Assembly (NCBI GenBank): GCA_964187785.1
Contig: OZ076409.1
Coordinates: forward strand, 88,910,001-88,974,000
Direction: 5' to 3'
DNA length: 64,000 nt
Origin: Amphiscolops sp. MND2022
Lineage: Eukaryota
The notes under the pieces were generated by a model. It searched no databases, was not told the origin of the DNA, and saw nothing but the letters and a program-made list of their open reading frames with translations. Each line of letters opens with the position of its first letter. The stretch's first letter is position 1. Both the position numbers and the translations under genes were made by a program. Below are positions 36,563-50,639 of this stretch, piece after piece.

Positions 36563-37290
36563 TGTAACGGCAAGCTCTGGCACAGCAATATCAACCGACA
36601 TGTTTAGAAATTTTGTCAAAAATTCGTTCAAATTTGACGTGGCACTCAAACATGCTCAAGACGAAGTACCTGCCAGAAAAAGCACCCCAGAAAAGCAGAA
36701 ATCGCCGCTCGCGACGAACAAGCACCGGAGACGACAAAAAGACGTCCCCAACGCATACAGAACACGGTATTGTGTCTATCTCTAGGAGATATCCATTACT
36801 ACAGTAAAGGAAACCAGTGTTCCAGATGTTCGCCTGAGTATCCCTGCGGTATCCTGTGTGGCAACTAGTGCTAGCGCTGGGAAGCTGAGGTCAATTTCCA
36901 TCAAATGACTCTGAACTCTTGATTGCTTGTTGTATTTTTCGATGTGATTAATTAATATGCTCGAGAGCTGTTGTTTAACATCTGTTTATCCAATTTGGCG
37001 ATTTTATCAGATTCTCCAATATTACGGTTCAACCTTCATCGATTTTCAGCCCGATTTTTAAAGGCTAGTTGAGCAGTGGTCTTGAGTCTTGCAGGATGCC
37101 TGTTACTTTTAGCAGTTACAGACTAGGACCAGGCCAGAGAGTATCCTACAAGACGGTTCCCCCACCTTGGGACTGGCTCCTTCGGAGGAAAAATGAGCTA
37201 GAGCCGCGGAGATCTAGGTCCCAGATTATATTCGCTGTTCTAGTTCCTCCACTCTACGTTGCGGTTCAAGCGCCAGCGCTTATCGTTACA
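36563..37290 (+). repeat. 3' LTR of element 2 (728 bp)
   Basis: Direct repeat of 21454-22186. Confidence 0.95.
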
Positions 37291-39134
37291 AAGTGTAGAA
37301 TCTCGATCCAATTGTAAAGATTTTAAAAGTTGAACATACGACAAAAGCTATGGAAAGTGCGTATTGGAAACAAAAAACAGCTTGTAGACAGAATTCAGGA
37401 AGAACTTCGATGTTAATAAAATTTCACGTGACAGCTGGTGGTGCGAATTGTCACCAGGTGGCCAAAATTGGTGTCATATTTGCATTTCTGATTAATAACA
37501 CATAAATCATCATCTTAGAATGCTTTTCTAATTACCTGCGCTGCATTCATGTTTATATGCCGTGAACCGACGAATCTTTACAATTGTAATAAATGCAGTA
37601 CTAAACACAAAAAGTATTAATCATCATGACATCAAGTATGCCCCACCAATGGATTAGCGATAAACTAAACAAATCTAAGTAGGGGGATTATCACAACTCC
37701 AAAAAAGCACAATTGCATTTTTTAAAGAAATCTAGATCCCAAGATGAACTTTTCACTTCACAAACAAATAACGATTCGAATGCCTGTAATGTAACTGATG
37801 TACTCTCTTTCTACATGATTTGAATGTGATGATTTTACTTGTTTTTCAAAATGAAATGGAGATTGAAGTACTGAGGTTGAAACTGGTGTCCTTCGTCCGT
37901 AAGAAGTATTGTGGAATTCTCTGATGCTAATCAATGAAAACATTTGAAATTCGCTGATGGATAAATTACACCGAAAGAAAATCAAATCCGCCGATGAATT
38001 TACTCGATATAAAATGACCAACAAAGTAGAGAAAGCATGAAAACAGAATTCCGAGGGCATTCATTCTGGCAAGAAGTTTGACAAGACCATCATACATAAG
38101 ACAGCTGGAACCGTGGAAACAGACTTTGTCCGAGACAGGCTGTCTTACCTGAAATACTTAATCAGCGAAGTTCTCCGTCAGGCTAAGATCTAACATCGTT
38201 AAGGGATTGGCTACTTTTGATCCCTTCGTGATTTTCAAGAGACTGAAAGAGGTTGATGTACGACATTTTGCACCTTCCTCCTCAGGTCATGTGTGACTTT
38301 GTCCAATGGGTCCGCCCGCTGTGATGAGTATTTGGAGGTCCTAGATCATCCCCGGGCTGATTATCCTCCATCATTTGATGTCACGCACAGCTCCAAGGAT
38401 TTGATAGTCTGTCTGGTAAATCTTGAATTTGTGCAGACCGACCACCATCTATTCCATTTGTTCAAGCTGTGCTGCGTATGCGCTACCTCAAAGAGCACTA
38501 GTTATCCGGCAGTCACAGTGGGGACAATCAGCACCTTGGGTCATCAAAGTAGGTTCACCTATGTCATTTTGCCAGGCCAAAGCTTCTTGTCGTCAGTTCC
38601 GGGTTCTATCGCCTTTTGTAGCAGTGAGTCCAATTTGAACAGTTTCTTTCTCCTGTCTGCTTCCTTTGGCCATTCAGCTACCTCTCCTTCATCTGACCCC
38701 TGCTGTTTCTGGACTACTTGAAAGAACCACAGTCCCTGCCAGTCTAGATGCATCTACAGTAGACGACGCGCCTGCCGTCCGACAGCCCAGTGATAGAATG
38801 CAAAAAAAGATAGAAAGAGGTTCTTCGGGCTCAAGGGTTTCTTTGGTAGCCAAGGAATCTGGTGCCATTTCTAAAGATTAAATGTACATATGCATTTATG
38901 TACACGATTTGATTGTAAACTTGTTAATTCTTTATCGTTTTCTTTGATGTTGTCATATTTATCCATTGCCATTTGTTCCTGCATATTTGGTCCCGTATTT
39001 ATTTATCTAGAAAGGATCCTTTGCCAAAATGCCCCCTTACTTATTCAAAAAATGCCAAAGGGCAATAAGAGAGAAGGTAAAGAAAAGAAAAGATAAGAAG
39101 AAAAGAATTCCCGTTTTTGGGGATAATTCAATTC

Positions 39135-42100
39135 TTTAGTATCTGAAGCCTTCTGAGTAGTTTGGGTTTGGGTTAGGCCTGAGATTCTATTTCCCTCCTC
39201 TAGGGCTCAGACTTTCACTTCTATCTTCGTTTTGGGATATTTCGGGCACGATAGTATCATCCCCCTTCTTGAGAGTTTTGTGCATCGTTTTATTGTCCTT
39301 TGGACAATTCCGGCAAAAGTTTTCTTTTATTTGAGACAAACGGTCGAATATAGCTAATCAGAGTTGTCATTGTTTTCAGCTTCAATAAGTTCATTTCTTT
39401 CGCTGACGTTATCGGTCGATCTTTCATTCTGTCTTTGCACCGTGTCGTTGACATCATTCGAATTGTCGCTCGTTATGTAATCAGCTTCATTTCCACGTGC
39501 GTCACTTGAATCGTCTCTTGATGTAACTGGCTGTTCGCCGTTCGGTAAGCTAGTCGGAAAACTCTTGTTGCCTCGTGTAGCTAGCTGTTCACGGAAGTTT
39601 GTTTCCCACGTTATGATGTATAAATCATCTTGCGGAGTGATAATTTCTTCATCCGGATGTAGTCGCTCTTCTCGATACTTATCCACAGGCGGTTGAATGG
39701 GAACAAACTTTTGGAGGCGAAGCGGTGGAGTATTTGAGTTTTATTTGTTTCGAGTCGACGCACTATGTAATTTTCATTAGGTAATACCTTTTGCACTATA
39801 AATGGTCCGAACCAACGGTAATCCTGAATGAGATTTTCGATCCTTGATGATCGACTTTCGGCTGTAATACAAAACAGTATTTGTTCTGTTTGAGTGGACC
39901 TGCTTTCGCTTTCCGGTCACAATATTTTTTGTATTTAATGTAGGATTGTAGTATATTTTGCATCGTTTTGTCAATTAGGATTTTGGTCCGACTTTGGATA
40001 TCTTCCGCAAATTCAGTTGTAGGTGTGATCTGCTCGTTTGTATTTTTTCCAAGCTTGTGATCCAAGATATTGTATGGATTTCTTCCATGGAATACTCTTG
40101 GTAGTACGCAGCCGAAACTGGCATGATAACTTGTGTTATGATTGAGAACTGCAAGCGGCAAATATTTAGTCATTGTCGGCGATATTCCCCACATGCCATT
40201 TTGAGAATTCATTTGAGTGATGCATGTGTTCGCTCCAATTTCACGATTGTTGGCGGGTGCTTGGTCGTTGCAGATTTGCGTGTGATTCCCAAAATCTACA
40301 CATGGTAAATACGCACGTTTGGTCATGATATGAACTTCATTCAGTGTATTCAGTGAATGATGACTCTAGATACAATAATTGCCGAAGCGCCCGTAAGAGG
40401 AAAAGCAAATAGGTATCCTGAAAAGACATCGATCGCTGCAAAGACATTTTCATATCCCCCACTTCGGGGAAGATTCGGCAAGAAGTCGATCTGAGTGGCG
40501 TCCTCGGGTCCAAGGTCCCATTCCGGCGAGTTGAGTCGTTCAGGCGTGACCGTTTTATTAGGGACTCGTTTGTCCTTTGCACACTGCTCGCACACACACC
40601 TAAAAAACACTGTATTCGACCTTTGTTGCTATAAAATGTTTTAACATGTTTTGCCATACTAGGGTAGTACTTCTTTTGTCTGATCTCCTGTAACATCTTT
40701 GATATGCCAAGGTGCTTATGTGCTGAATCGTGAAGGGACTGTAGCAGTTCTTGAAGTAGGTGTTGCTGGAGAAGAATCTGATGGTCTTTCACATTCCCTG
40801 TTTCATCGCAGTAATGCCTGTTCAGAATGTCTTCCTCGACTACAATTCTTTCTAAATTGCTAGCGTAGTGTCTATATCGAGCATACTGTTGCAGTATGTT
40901 TTCTGATTCCTCATGAAGAAGCTTTGCGTTCATTTGTTATAATACCGCTTCTTTAGATTGCTCAATGATTATCTGATTTGTGTTTCTTAGTCAAACATCT
41001 AACGGGATTTCGTCGTATTACTTCTTTTCTTGCCCACAATTGCTCTTCTGTCTCCTCATCATTCGTATAGAAGATTTGTTATTTCTGCGATACCCCTGCT
41101 GACTGTATATTTTCATCGATTGGGACCATCTGTACGTCCTCTTTGATTCTATTGACTAGTTTGTCCTTCGGGTCGGCTTCTAGTCGGGATAAGTAATCAG
41201 CTGCCGTGTTTTGCGCTCCTTGGTTGGATGTGCGCTATGACAGAATTGTATTACATAGTCACAAGCATTTCACAAGGCTAGGGGTACAATTTTGGTTTGG
41301 AAAAATCGGGTCACGGGTTTATTGTCAATGAGGATAATGACCGGTTTTGGCGCACTCCAGAAAATCTATCCAACTTTTTGAATGCGTAGTAAATTGCAAG
41401 AAATTCTTTTGCATAAATGGACATCTTTATCTGGACTGCGGTGAAGGTTTTTGAAACTCAGGCGACCGGTGCATACGATTTCCGAAGTGAGGTAAATTTT
41501 TGGTTTGGACCGTCTTCGATGAGAACTGCATATCCAGCAGCAGCGAAGTTCGCATCTGTCATTAGTGCACTTTGTTTATTGGGAAGGGGCGGCTGTAGAG
41601 CTTAGTTGCAACAATTATCTAGTGCTTTGTTGATTTCCTGAAATTGTTGGACCAAATCTTTTGATACTAGGACCTTTTCGTCACTTTTTAGCATCTTGTA
41701 GAATGGAGCACGGCAATTGGACGGTCTTGGGATTTAATTTCTGTAGTAATTTAAAAATCACAAATAACGTTGCAAAGCCTGTTTCGACTTCGGGAATATG
41801 GTTTTTCCAAGAAAATTTTGTCCGTTCTGTTTCTGGGGTTTTACGCCTTGCGGGTAAATGGTTCGTCCAAGGAAATCGGTGTCTGTAGCACCATAATGGC
41901 ATTTGTGCATTGTCAACTTAAGGCCTGCCTCCCGGATGTGTTGGAAAATTGCTCTTAGGTTGGCGATGAGGTCGTCAGCATCATTGGCTGCGATGCCGAT
42001 ATCGTCCACATACTGGGCACACTGATTTTATAACACACTTTTATAACTTTGTCGAGGTGTTCTCTCATGAAGCTAGAAAATGCTGACAGTGTCCGGCTGA

Positions 42101-45100
42101 GGCCCTGCGCCAAGCTTCTATAAGCAATTGTGCGGTTAACGAAATTGAAGGCCAACATTTCAATTGATTTTTGGTCAGCCATCTGTAGGCAATGATGGGC
42201 TTGCGAGCAGTCCAATTTACAGATGAGCTTTTTCTCTGTTGTATGCTGGGCAGCGTCAGTTAGGGAACAAACGGGATGATTATTATTGATATAATCGTCC
42301 GAAATTAGGTTGTTGATTTTTCTCAAGTCAACCAGTAGTCGGAGTTTCCCATTTGACGTCTTTTTAGCAAATATTGGGCTGGCATATTTGGAAAATGGTA
42401 AGACAGTATTGATAACATAATTGTGCAACATGGCTAGTTCAAAAAGAATGTCTTCCTTCAGGTTCATTATTGCTGGGAGGCTTTGGCTGTAGGCTGAGGA
42501 ATCGTTTTTTAGGTGTCAGTTTCACCTTGAACTCCTCATTCATGCCGATATCAAATCTGTGTCTCGCAAAAATATTGTGGAATTCCACTAACAACTCTTC
42601 AATATTCGCTTTTTCATGAGGTGCTAGAGTGGAATCTTTCCAATCAAAATTTTCTGGAAACATTGTCCTGGATTCCTCATCGTTTGTGGGGTCGACGGTC
42701 TTTAGGTCTTGTAAGGCCTCTAACGCCCTCAGAGATTGTCTTTTTTTGGCGTATGTTCGTAGGGATTTCCTGGGTTTTCCGGAATAGGAAACCAATAATA
42801 AACCAATAATAACTTCGTGGGTTTTTATTGGTCTTGATGAGAGTACTAACGTAATGGGCTGCCTATTCTGGTCATTTTGTAATAAGTGCCAGGTTGACAC
42901 TGAATCAACCGGTTTGACATATTTCATCTGTTCCAGTGTCATGACTCAGAAATTGGCAAAAACTAATCCTTTCTTGAGCTTAAAGGTGTAATCTGTGAAG
43001 TTACTCACTGGTATTTGGACAATGCTTTCAGTCAATGTGATCAGTGCTGGGCCGAATGTAATGTCTCTTTCTTCCTGTAAAAGGTCGCTCGGTTGGAGTA
43101 TCCCTGTGACAGCATTCTCAGGGTAAAGTAGGGAGTTCGTCCTGATTAGGACTCTGTCATTTGGTGGAATGGTGATTTCTGACGGATTGAGAATTGGCTC
43201 CATGGCGTTGGAATATCGGTGGTTAGCTGTTTTGAGCTGCATCGAAAAGAACTGAAATTTCAGAATGCCTTGTCTCAGATCCAGAATCGTGTGGTTTCTC
43301 TGAAGGAACATTAGTCCATTGTTGGGTCCCGTCAAATTCTCCATTACTAAGAAGATTTCGTGGAATTCTATGTCTCCAACCTCAAATTTCAGCTAGATCG
43401 TCCTCTTGTGAGTCTCTAATTGTCCATTTCTGACCATTATTTGGAAGTTCGGAGGCAGACCTTCCCGTATAACTGATTGTGGAGAGAGAAGTCGGATTTT
43501 CCGGAGGTCCATTTGTGGAATTGCACTGGATAGCTGGCCAGTGCCAAATAGGCCGCCAATGGTCAATTCCCCAAAATTCATGGGGAATACAGCATACGCT
43601 TCTTGCACTTGAAATTAAAATTAGTCGAAAATGGTATACAGTTGGGTTTACCATCTTTGGTATTAAGAACATTTTGAAATTGTTTTTTCATCCAACAGGG
43701 ATTGTGGAGTTGCCTCAGTTTCAGTTTCGAGGTCCTCAGTTCCCAGAGGGTTTGGGAACACTGGTTGGATGTTGCCATCGTTCATTTGCCAGTTTTCAAT
43801 TAGAGCTTTGGTTTTTTTGTAGGTTATTGGTGGATTGATTTTTGTGGGCTGATTTGTTGTAGAGTTCAATATCGTCTAGAACATGTTGGAATTTCAGTGT
43901 CCTAGTATAGGTCGCTGCCATAATCTGGATCAACGTATGTTGGATTGTAATCGTCAATTAAGTGAATGGGTCTGAATCGGGTAGTGAAGGTTGTTGTATG
44001 GTCACGATCCCAAACGGGAATTGGTTTTTGGTACAAATGGGTGCTATTATATGTGATGAGTGTTGCTTTTTCCATCTGTTGCTGCCAGACAACAGAAGGA
44101 TACCCCATCAATTGTTTATAGTCGTGGAAGACTTTTGTTGGAGGACCAGATCTGACAAACTGTCGGACTGATACTAGATCTTTGTGTTGTAGTCGTGGCA
44201 AATCTAGTTTTTCTGGTCGTCCTTCTTGGATGTGGACTGGGAGCCAGACGATGTTGAGTTATATTGCGGTTTTTGTTTTTTCGAGTCTGGATTGCTATCT
44301 GATGAGTTATTCAGGCCTAGTACGTTTAGACTTGAGAAGCGCAACTGCGCCTTGCCAACATCGTTCTTCAGGATGATTTTGCTTGCAACAGATTCCATTT
44401 TAAGGGTAGACTTTCTTCTGAGTCGGTTTGCCTTGTTGGACATCTTTTATTTTCTTCTTTTTCAGTTTCTCACAGTCTTTGACCATGTGGCTATTTTCCT
44501 TGCAGTAATTGCAGACGATGTCAGTTGCTTGCCCAGTGGAGAGAAGGGTTTTAGGCTTAGATGTTGAGGAAGTCATCGTTGCCATAGGTCATCTGATTTC
44601 TCAAGGGTGTTAAGCTCAAGCTCTCTTTCCAAATGAGCAACTATTTCATCGTAAGAGCCATTTTCAAATCTGGCCATGTTGACTGATCTTTTCAATTTCG
44701 GCGGCAGTTTCGCGTAGAGGAGACTGTCGTTCATTTTCTGAGCGTGGTCTTCAAACGCTTTTTCTTCCCCTTGATTGAGTTCTTCTAGGAAATCTGGCAC
44801 CTTTATCGTCTTAGGATCGAATACCAGTCGGTGCCATTTGTGTTTGGCAGTTGCTTGTGATTCAGGCTTGACTTATTTACGTCTGAAAATGACCAATACA
44901 TCTTCGAGAGTTTGTCTGTTGGTCTTGCTGATGTTTCTGAAGGTCTGCAACGCAACTATCCTCAAAAGTGAGTGAAAGTGGTTGATCTTCAAGTGTTCAA
45001 ACATTTCGTGCTGCATCTTGCTCATAGTATGAAAGAGGTCTTCGAACAGTTCAAACGTCTCACTCTTGCCGTCAAAGGTCATTGCGTTGGAGTTGACCGG

Positions 45101-45905
45101 ACTAATGGTGAGTTGTTGGGCTGTTGGTCGATTCAGCATACTTGTCAAAACGAAACCTAGTCTGTTGGTTGGGTCTATTCTGCGGCCAGTGGGGTTCTCT
45201 CCTGCGTTGGCATCGTTGTATCAAGCAAAGCGTTGAAATAATCTTGAGATTGATTGAGATGGTTCTTGATGGCAATCGTCCATGAGAAACTCGGAAAGCT
45301 GAATTTGAGATTCGTTGTCTCCTGTCACCATGTCGTAAGCTTGGTCTGTGTGTTCGTCCTGAAGACGATTGCGACTGAGCTCACTTCTCAAGTTGCTTCT
45401 GTTTTTTTTCATGGCTGTAATCTTTGGCATTATATTCCGGTCTATGAACCGGAACGTTCCATCTCTTTTGTGTCACATGTCCTGATCCGACGTTAAAGGC
45501 ATTTTGAATTTGGGGCAGTACCTGATTATTAAATGCATCACTAATTGCCCTCTGAAAGTGAACACTAACACTATTCATCATCTCAAGCACTTCTCTTCAG
45601 ATCTTTGAACTCAGTTCACCTGATAATCTATTGAACTCAGCACTACAACTTGCACCGGTAGAGTTTTGACCAAGATCGGCACTATTACCAGATCTGTTTT
45701 CTTTAGTATTCAGACGGAGATTTTCCTCATTATTTTCAGAGGCGTTACAATTATCACTTTCTGGTCTCCTAGCAAGGATGTTATCCTCGCTTTCTTCTCT
45801 ATCAAAATGGCTTGCGCCTAACATTATATCTAAGTTATTTATGTCGGATAGCATCTCTTGTCCTCTAGACTTTCTTGCCTTCTTCTGTTTTCTTGTACTA
45901 GGCAT
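39135..45905 (-). pseudogene. pol: Decayed Ty3/gypsy gag-pol (element 3)
   Basis: gag starting MPSTRKQ; CNYCKENSHMVKDC knuckle; protease remnant; dUTPase-like spacer; RT (LRLLVDLR, KLDCSQA, AQYVDD); RNase H; integrase (HKHLG, QIDF, IDVFS); C-terminal NLRPNPNPNYS. Many stops and frameshifts. Confidence 0.9.
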
Positions 45906-48540
45906 CAAGAAGTCCAATGCTAATATTGGAATTTGTACCAGAAAATTGTAACTTTTAGTAGAGCCAAACTTTTCACAGATTTTACAGAATTGTCATCTCC
46001 CCAGGAGAGGTGCTACTATATATACCCCTGAGGGGATGACAATCACATTCTTAGAATCAGATTCGCGTGCTCCGAGAATCAATAGTAAAAACAACAGATA
46101 TCACGATTGCATGCAGGAATACTAATTCCATGTTAGCGTCCAATAAGTATACCGACATGGTTTGTTGCCGGATTAGGACTAACAAGTATTATTTCATACA
46201 GCAACAACAAACATCTCGCAAAATACCAACAGGACATATCTGGATAGTTTTCGAGCTTTAAATAAACTACAAACAACTCACAGATTATTATTAAAGCACA
46301 CTTATTGCTTTGTACCTTTAGCACTTTATTTGGCCGAAACAGGTCTGCAGCCTAAATAATAGCATCGCATCAAAAAATATTCAGTCAAACGGCCGTTTCC
46401 GGCAGTCAATTATAAAGCACTATCGTAAGGACGCATGTGATTGGTTCATTGCTGGACAGCAAGTAACGCTGCCGTAAAAGTGTATGGATACATTCGAATT
46501 CGTTTCCGTTACCGTAGTACAGTCGTATACAGCTTTCTCAATCTTTGATTCAATTGATTCTTTCAGCAACTTTAACAATTTGGCAATCTGATTCGGATAA
46601 CCCAAATCGTAATTTAACAGACTACTTCTAATATGCATATAAAACTAGCACTGGCTTACAAAATAGTAATGCTCAAAATTAAAGGCGGATGAAAAGCAAT
46701 GTCATAGTGAAAAGTTTAACTGATAAGGCAGTAGTTTTAGTTTAATAAACTGGGAGAGTACCTGGCACTACCTCTTGTACAATTGATGTCGTTGCGATCC
46801 TTGTGCCGTCACAGGCGGCAGCCTGCGACAGTCCCAAAAAAGGATTCATTTTTAGACGTTAGTCTCGTTTTGTATTAGACGTTTTTCGTTAGACGTTATT
46901 CCCGCTCCCCATTTTGAAGAAGAAGTAAACATACACGTGCAAATGAGATTAGAATCTTTGAAAGCTCCCCATTTTGAAAGTTTGCAACGTGTCATGCTTG
47001 CCAGCCATGTCACCTCGTCTATCCACTACGAATTTTTCATCTTGACCATCGCATGTATTACATCTGAGAGACTTTGTTCTATTCGACCAAGCATTTACAA
47101 TTTCAACCTTTGCATTTTCAACCTCCTGCAATTTCGATCTAAGCTAATTTCTGCGAATTACTCCTTAATTCTCATAATTATGAATCGAGAAGGCTTAAAT
47201 AATGGTACAAATTATTCATGACGTAACCGAAAAGTAGAAGAACTGTAAAAATTAACATAAAAAGCACCTAAAATAAAGACAACAAATTAGGATGCATTAG
47301 CTAAATCTGTTGTACGTGGAATTTGCAGAGGAATTGTTCTGGCACCCGCAAATTCTTGTGTCGTTCGAAATATTGTTCATTCTCCGGATCAACCAGAGCG
47401 CTTTTATTTAAATGTCGAGAGAAAATTTTCAAAGAGCGTTGCGATAAATTTGCAGCAGTTTAACTTGAAGTATGAAAAATAGTTCAACAATTTTGATTCG
47501 ATAAACAGCAAACAGTCAACTATTTTTTTGAAGGGAATTTTAAATTTTAATCAAATTGTCCTTTCAAGCATCAAGTTTTTGATTGACCATTTACCTCTAT
47601 TCTAACTGCTTGTGTTGTCAAATATGAACCGAGCAAAAGCTGGTTCTTTTTCTGTTACTAATTTTTTCAAATGAGAGATAGCGCTGCGAATATCTTCAAT
47701 TTCCTAAGCGTCATTGAATGTTCCAGCCAACATAACCCGATTATAACAAAGCATGGTAAATAATTATGCCCGTTTTTCGTTTTCAGTTAAAAATTCTCCA
47801 CAACCGTTGGTTAGCAGGAAAAATGAACTAGTGTAACATCCTAATCACTAATAAAAACCGTTTTGAACTGGAGAAACATATCTGCTTAAGTCTGGAATTT
47901 CAGAAGACTCTGTCAACATCCGACCTTTTAATAGAATTGCTCAAAACTTAGTGCTTTTTACTTTTTTGTCCTCTTTCAGCTAAATGAATATGAAATAGCT
48001 CCATCTAAGCATTCGAAAAAAAATCTTGCGTCGAAGTGCAATTCTGAAGCCAAAAATCAAATCGAAAAAAAATACGGGAATCGAATCACATCTACTAAAG
48101 CAAGTATAGTATTGTAAAAAAACGCTGCAATCGGCTTACGCAATTTACTTGAAGTGCATCGATAAACTCACATTTGACTGAGAATTTCTTTCGGGTTTTT
48201 TAAAAAAAAATCTCGCTTTTTTTCAGGAATACATAGAGTACCAAATGTTACTTGCTCTTTAAAACAAATTTCTAAGAGCAGAACAAATATTTTTTGGAAG
48301 AAATATACTATTCACATGAATTGGCAAAAAATGACGAAATGTTTTCTAAATTTCAGCTGGAATTGTTTTCTGAAAGTGGTCTTTCTTGCGATGAATTTAA
48401 ACCTGCATTGGTCAAAATAAAAGACTGCAAACTGAGAACTAAAAAATTGCAGGTTAGCTGAGTATTAGTTGAGTACTAGTACCCAAAATTTGCTAATTTT
48501 CTTTCAAATCCTCGTGAAGTATTTGAAGTCAAATGAAATT

Positions 48541-49033
48541 AAACAAGACGAGAACGTCTAAAGTCGGCGCCATATCTAAGGCTCAAAAAGCGTAAAACAC
48601 TTTTTTTGAAAAAAATTGAAATTTTTGAAAAAAAAATTTCTTTCAAAAGAAGTCGCATAGTGCCGAAAAATGTAAAAGGGGGGACCCTTCTGGATTTATT
48701 AACAAACATTCCGTTGCAAAATATCAAAAAACTCAAAGGGGGGACCCTTTGGGGACATTAAAAAAATTTCGAAAAAAAGTCGCACAGTTCCGGAAAAAAT
48801 CCAAAGGGGGGACCCTTTGGGCACGTCCGGTTTTGTATGTTTCCTTGAAAAAGTAAAAAATGAAAGGGGGGACCCTTTGGAGTAAAGTTTGCCTTGGGCG
48901 GACTTGGCCAGGTGCTCTGCGCAGAATTGTAAAAAGTGGACCGATCAGTGTGAGGATTGTAGTCTGAAGAAAAAAAAAGGTCACTGCTATAGTCGGGCAT
49001 TTTTCCTTAAAAGGAAAACGCGCCGACTAAAAA
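48541..49033 (-). mobile_element. Small Helentron/HINE-like element of a second family
   Basis: Minus strand: TTTTT-AGTCGGCGC subTIR, short IR (plus AGTCGG 48991-48996), internal AAAGGGGGACCCTTT repeats, 3' subTIR (plus 48562-48570), hairpin AGACG-ttct-CGTCT, then TG-TTT. Confidence 0.7.
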
Positions 49034-49189
49034 CAGTGTTGTGTTAAGGATTTATCTCTTCTGGTGAATGAAAGAAGCAGAGCAAGAATACTTGAATAGA
49101 CTCTTGGCTTGTAATGGACACAAACTGAGAACTGAACTACCTCACGCTTTTTGATTTGGCGGGTACCTTCGTAATAATCAACAATGTTA

Positions 49190-50050
49190 TGTAACAGCAA
49201 GCGATACGCGTTTGTGACGTAACAATAGAGTGGAGGAACTAATGCCATGAATTAATATTCGGGACCAATCACCATAACACTAGCTCATTTTGCCTCCTAA
49301 GGGTTACCGGTCCCGAGGTGGGGAACCGTCTTAAAGGACGCTCTCTGGCCTGCTACCAGTCTGTTACTGCTAAAAATCACGGGCATTGCACTGGGATTTG
49401 CAACCACCGCGTAGATAGCTCATAAAATTTGCTTGGTTGTTGATAACTGAATTTTTTCCAGTGGGAATCTGGGTAAAGGCAAACATGAATAAATTACAAC
49501 AGCCCTCGAGCATATTACAATCTACATAAAATACCTATTATAATAATGAAGTCCAGTTCGGCAAAAGCTATGGATAATTGGTCATCGTGGCACCAGCGCT
49601 CGAGCTGGGCACAACCCCTGGGCACGGGTAGACTTTTTAAGCTGTCATCGGAACTCTGGGTTCGGCACCGTGAAATACAGGATTCTGCGGGCAAACACTG
49701 TGGTTTGGCACGTCTTGGCTCTTTTCTTTACTGTCTACTCTCTCGGTCGTCTCGCTCTCTCTCGCGGGGCGGCTTTCTTGACCGTCTTTCTTCACTTTTT
49801 TGGACAGGTACTTTGCTAAATCATTGTCAGATTCGAACAAAACTTTCAAAAATTGTCAAAAATTCGTTGATCACAGGATGCCGTTACACCACTCCCCGGG
49901 CTTCTGGCTTGTTGTTCCTGGCAAGCATCGCAGGACCTCATCCAGGAACAGGGTTACTTCCAGTGCTGTGGATAACTTGGCAGCCAGCGGCCACATAGAA
50001 CAAGGACGAATCCTTGTTTGTCATCTGCATTTGGAGTAGCGCCGTCTGGG
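49190..50050 (-). mobile_element. Truncated relative of element 2: 3' LTR (49190-49888), PPT and 3' internal sequence
   Basis: TGTAAC/GTTACA ends. Blocks TAGAGTGGAGGAACTA and GTCCCGAGGTGGGGAACCGTCTT...CTCTCTGGCC match the reverse complement of the element 2 LTR. 49889-49925 matches 36525-36562. Confidence 0.85.
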
Positions 50051-50639
50051 ATCCTATTGTTTTTTACTTAAGACCTCGTTTTTTCATAGTATTTGTAGTT
50101 AAAAAAAAACGAAAAAGGTGTTGGTAAATCGCACCATAACTTCTGCAATTATTGCAACATAGCCTCTTGCGGATCTGAGATGCCATCTTGTGCAACAAAA
50201 TCTACCGGGACTTTCAAACAGTTTTGGAAGATTATCACAAGGAAAACAGCTCGTTGTGAACTTGGAGAACAAATCCAAAGCTTGATTATGAAATTGTTCT
50301 AGCAAAAAAACGGAAAATTTTGCAGTACAGAGTATTAGTACAAACTATAAAACTCAGAAGAAAAGTTGAAGGTTGCAGTAGGTTCGGGGAAGGTATGAAA
50401 ATAGACTAGAACTTCGTGTGAAAACAACGTGAAAACAACGTATCGGTTAGAAAGTGGGGATTTTTTTCGATTTCAATTTTGATAGGGGAAACTGCAGAGT
50501 AATTCTACAAAACATACTACCAGAGCTTTACTGAATTTTCCAGAGTGTCGGCTAGGTTGTCTGAAAAAGTTACATTACGTTTTTCCTTGCTTACGAATAG
50601 AAATGAGAGTCTTGCTACATTTCAAACATTGTAAACATA

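Larger units (their letters stand above)
21454..37290 (+). mobile_element. Young 15.8-kb non-autonomous Ty3/gypsy-type LTR element (element 2) with an extra ORF
   Basis: Near-identical TGTAAC...GTTACA LTRs, PBS, PPT, gag with CCHC, integrase and a 1435-aa ORF3. No PR/RT/RH. Confidence 0.95.

Noticed and set aside
42946..43344. Functional dUTPase in elements 3 and 4
   Set aside because: Only a degenerate dUTPase-like spacer, common between PR and RT in gypsy elements; the catalytic motifs are absent.
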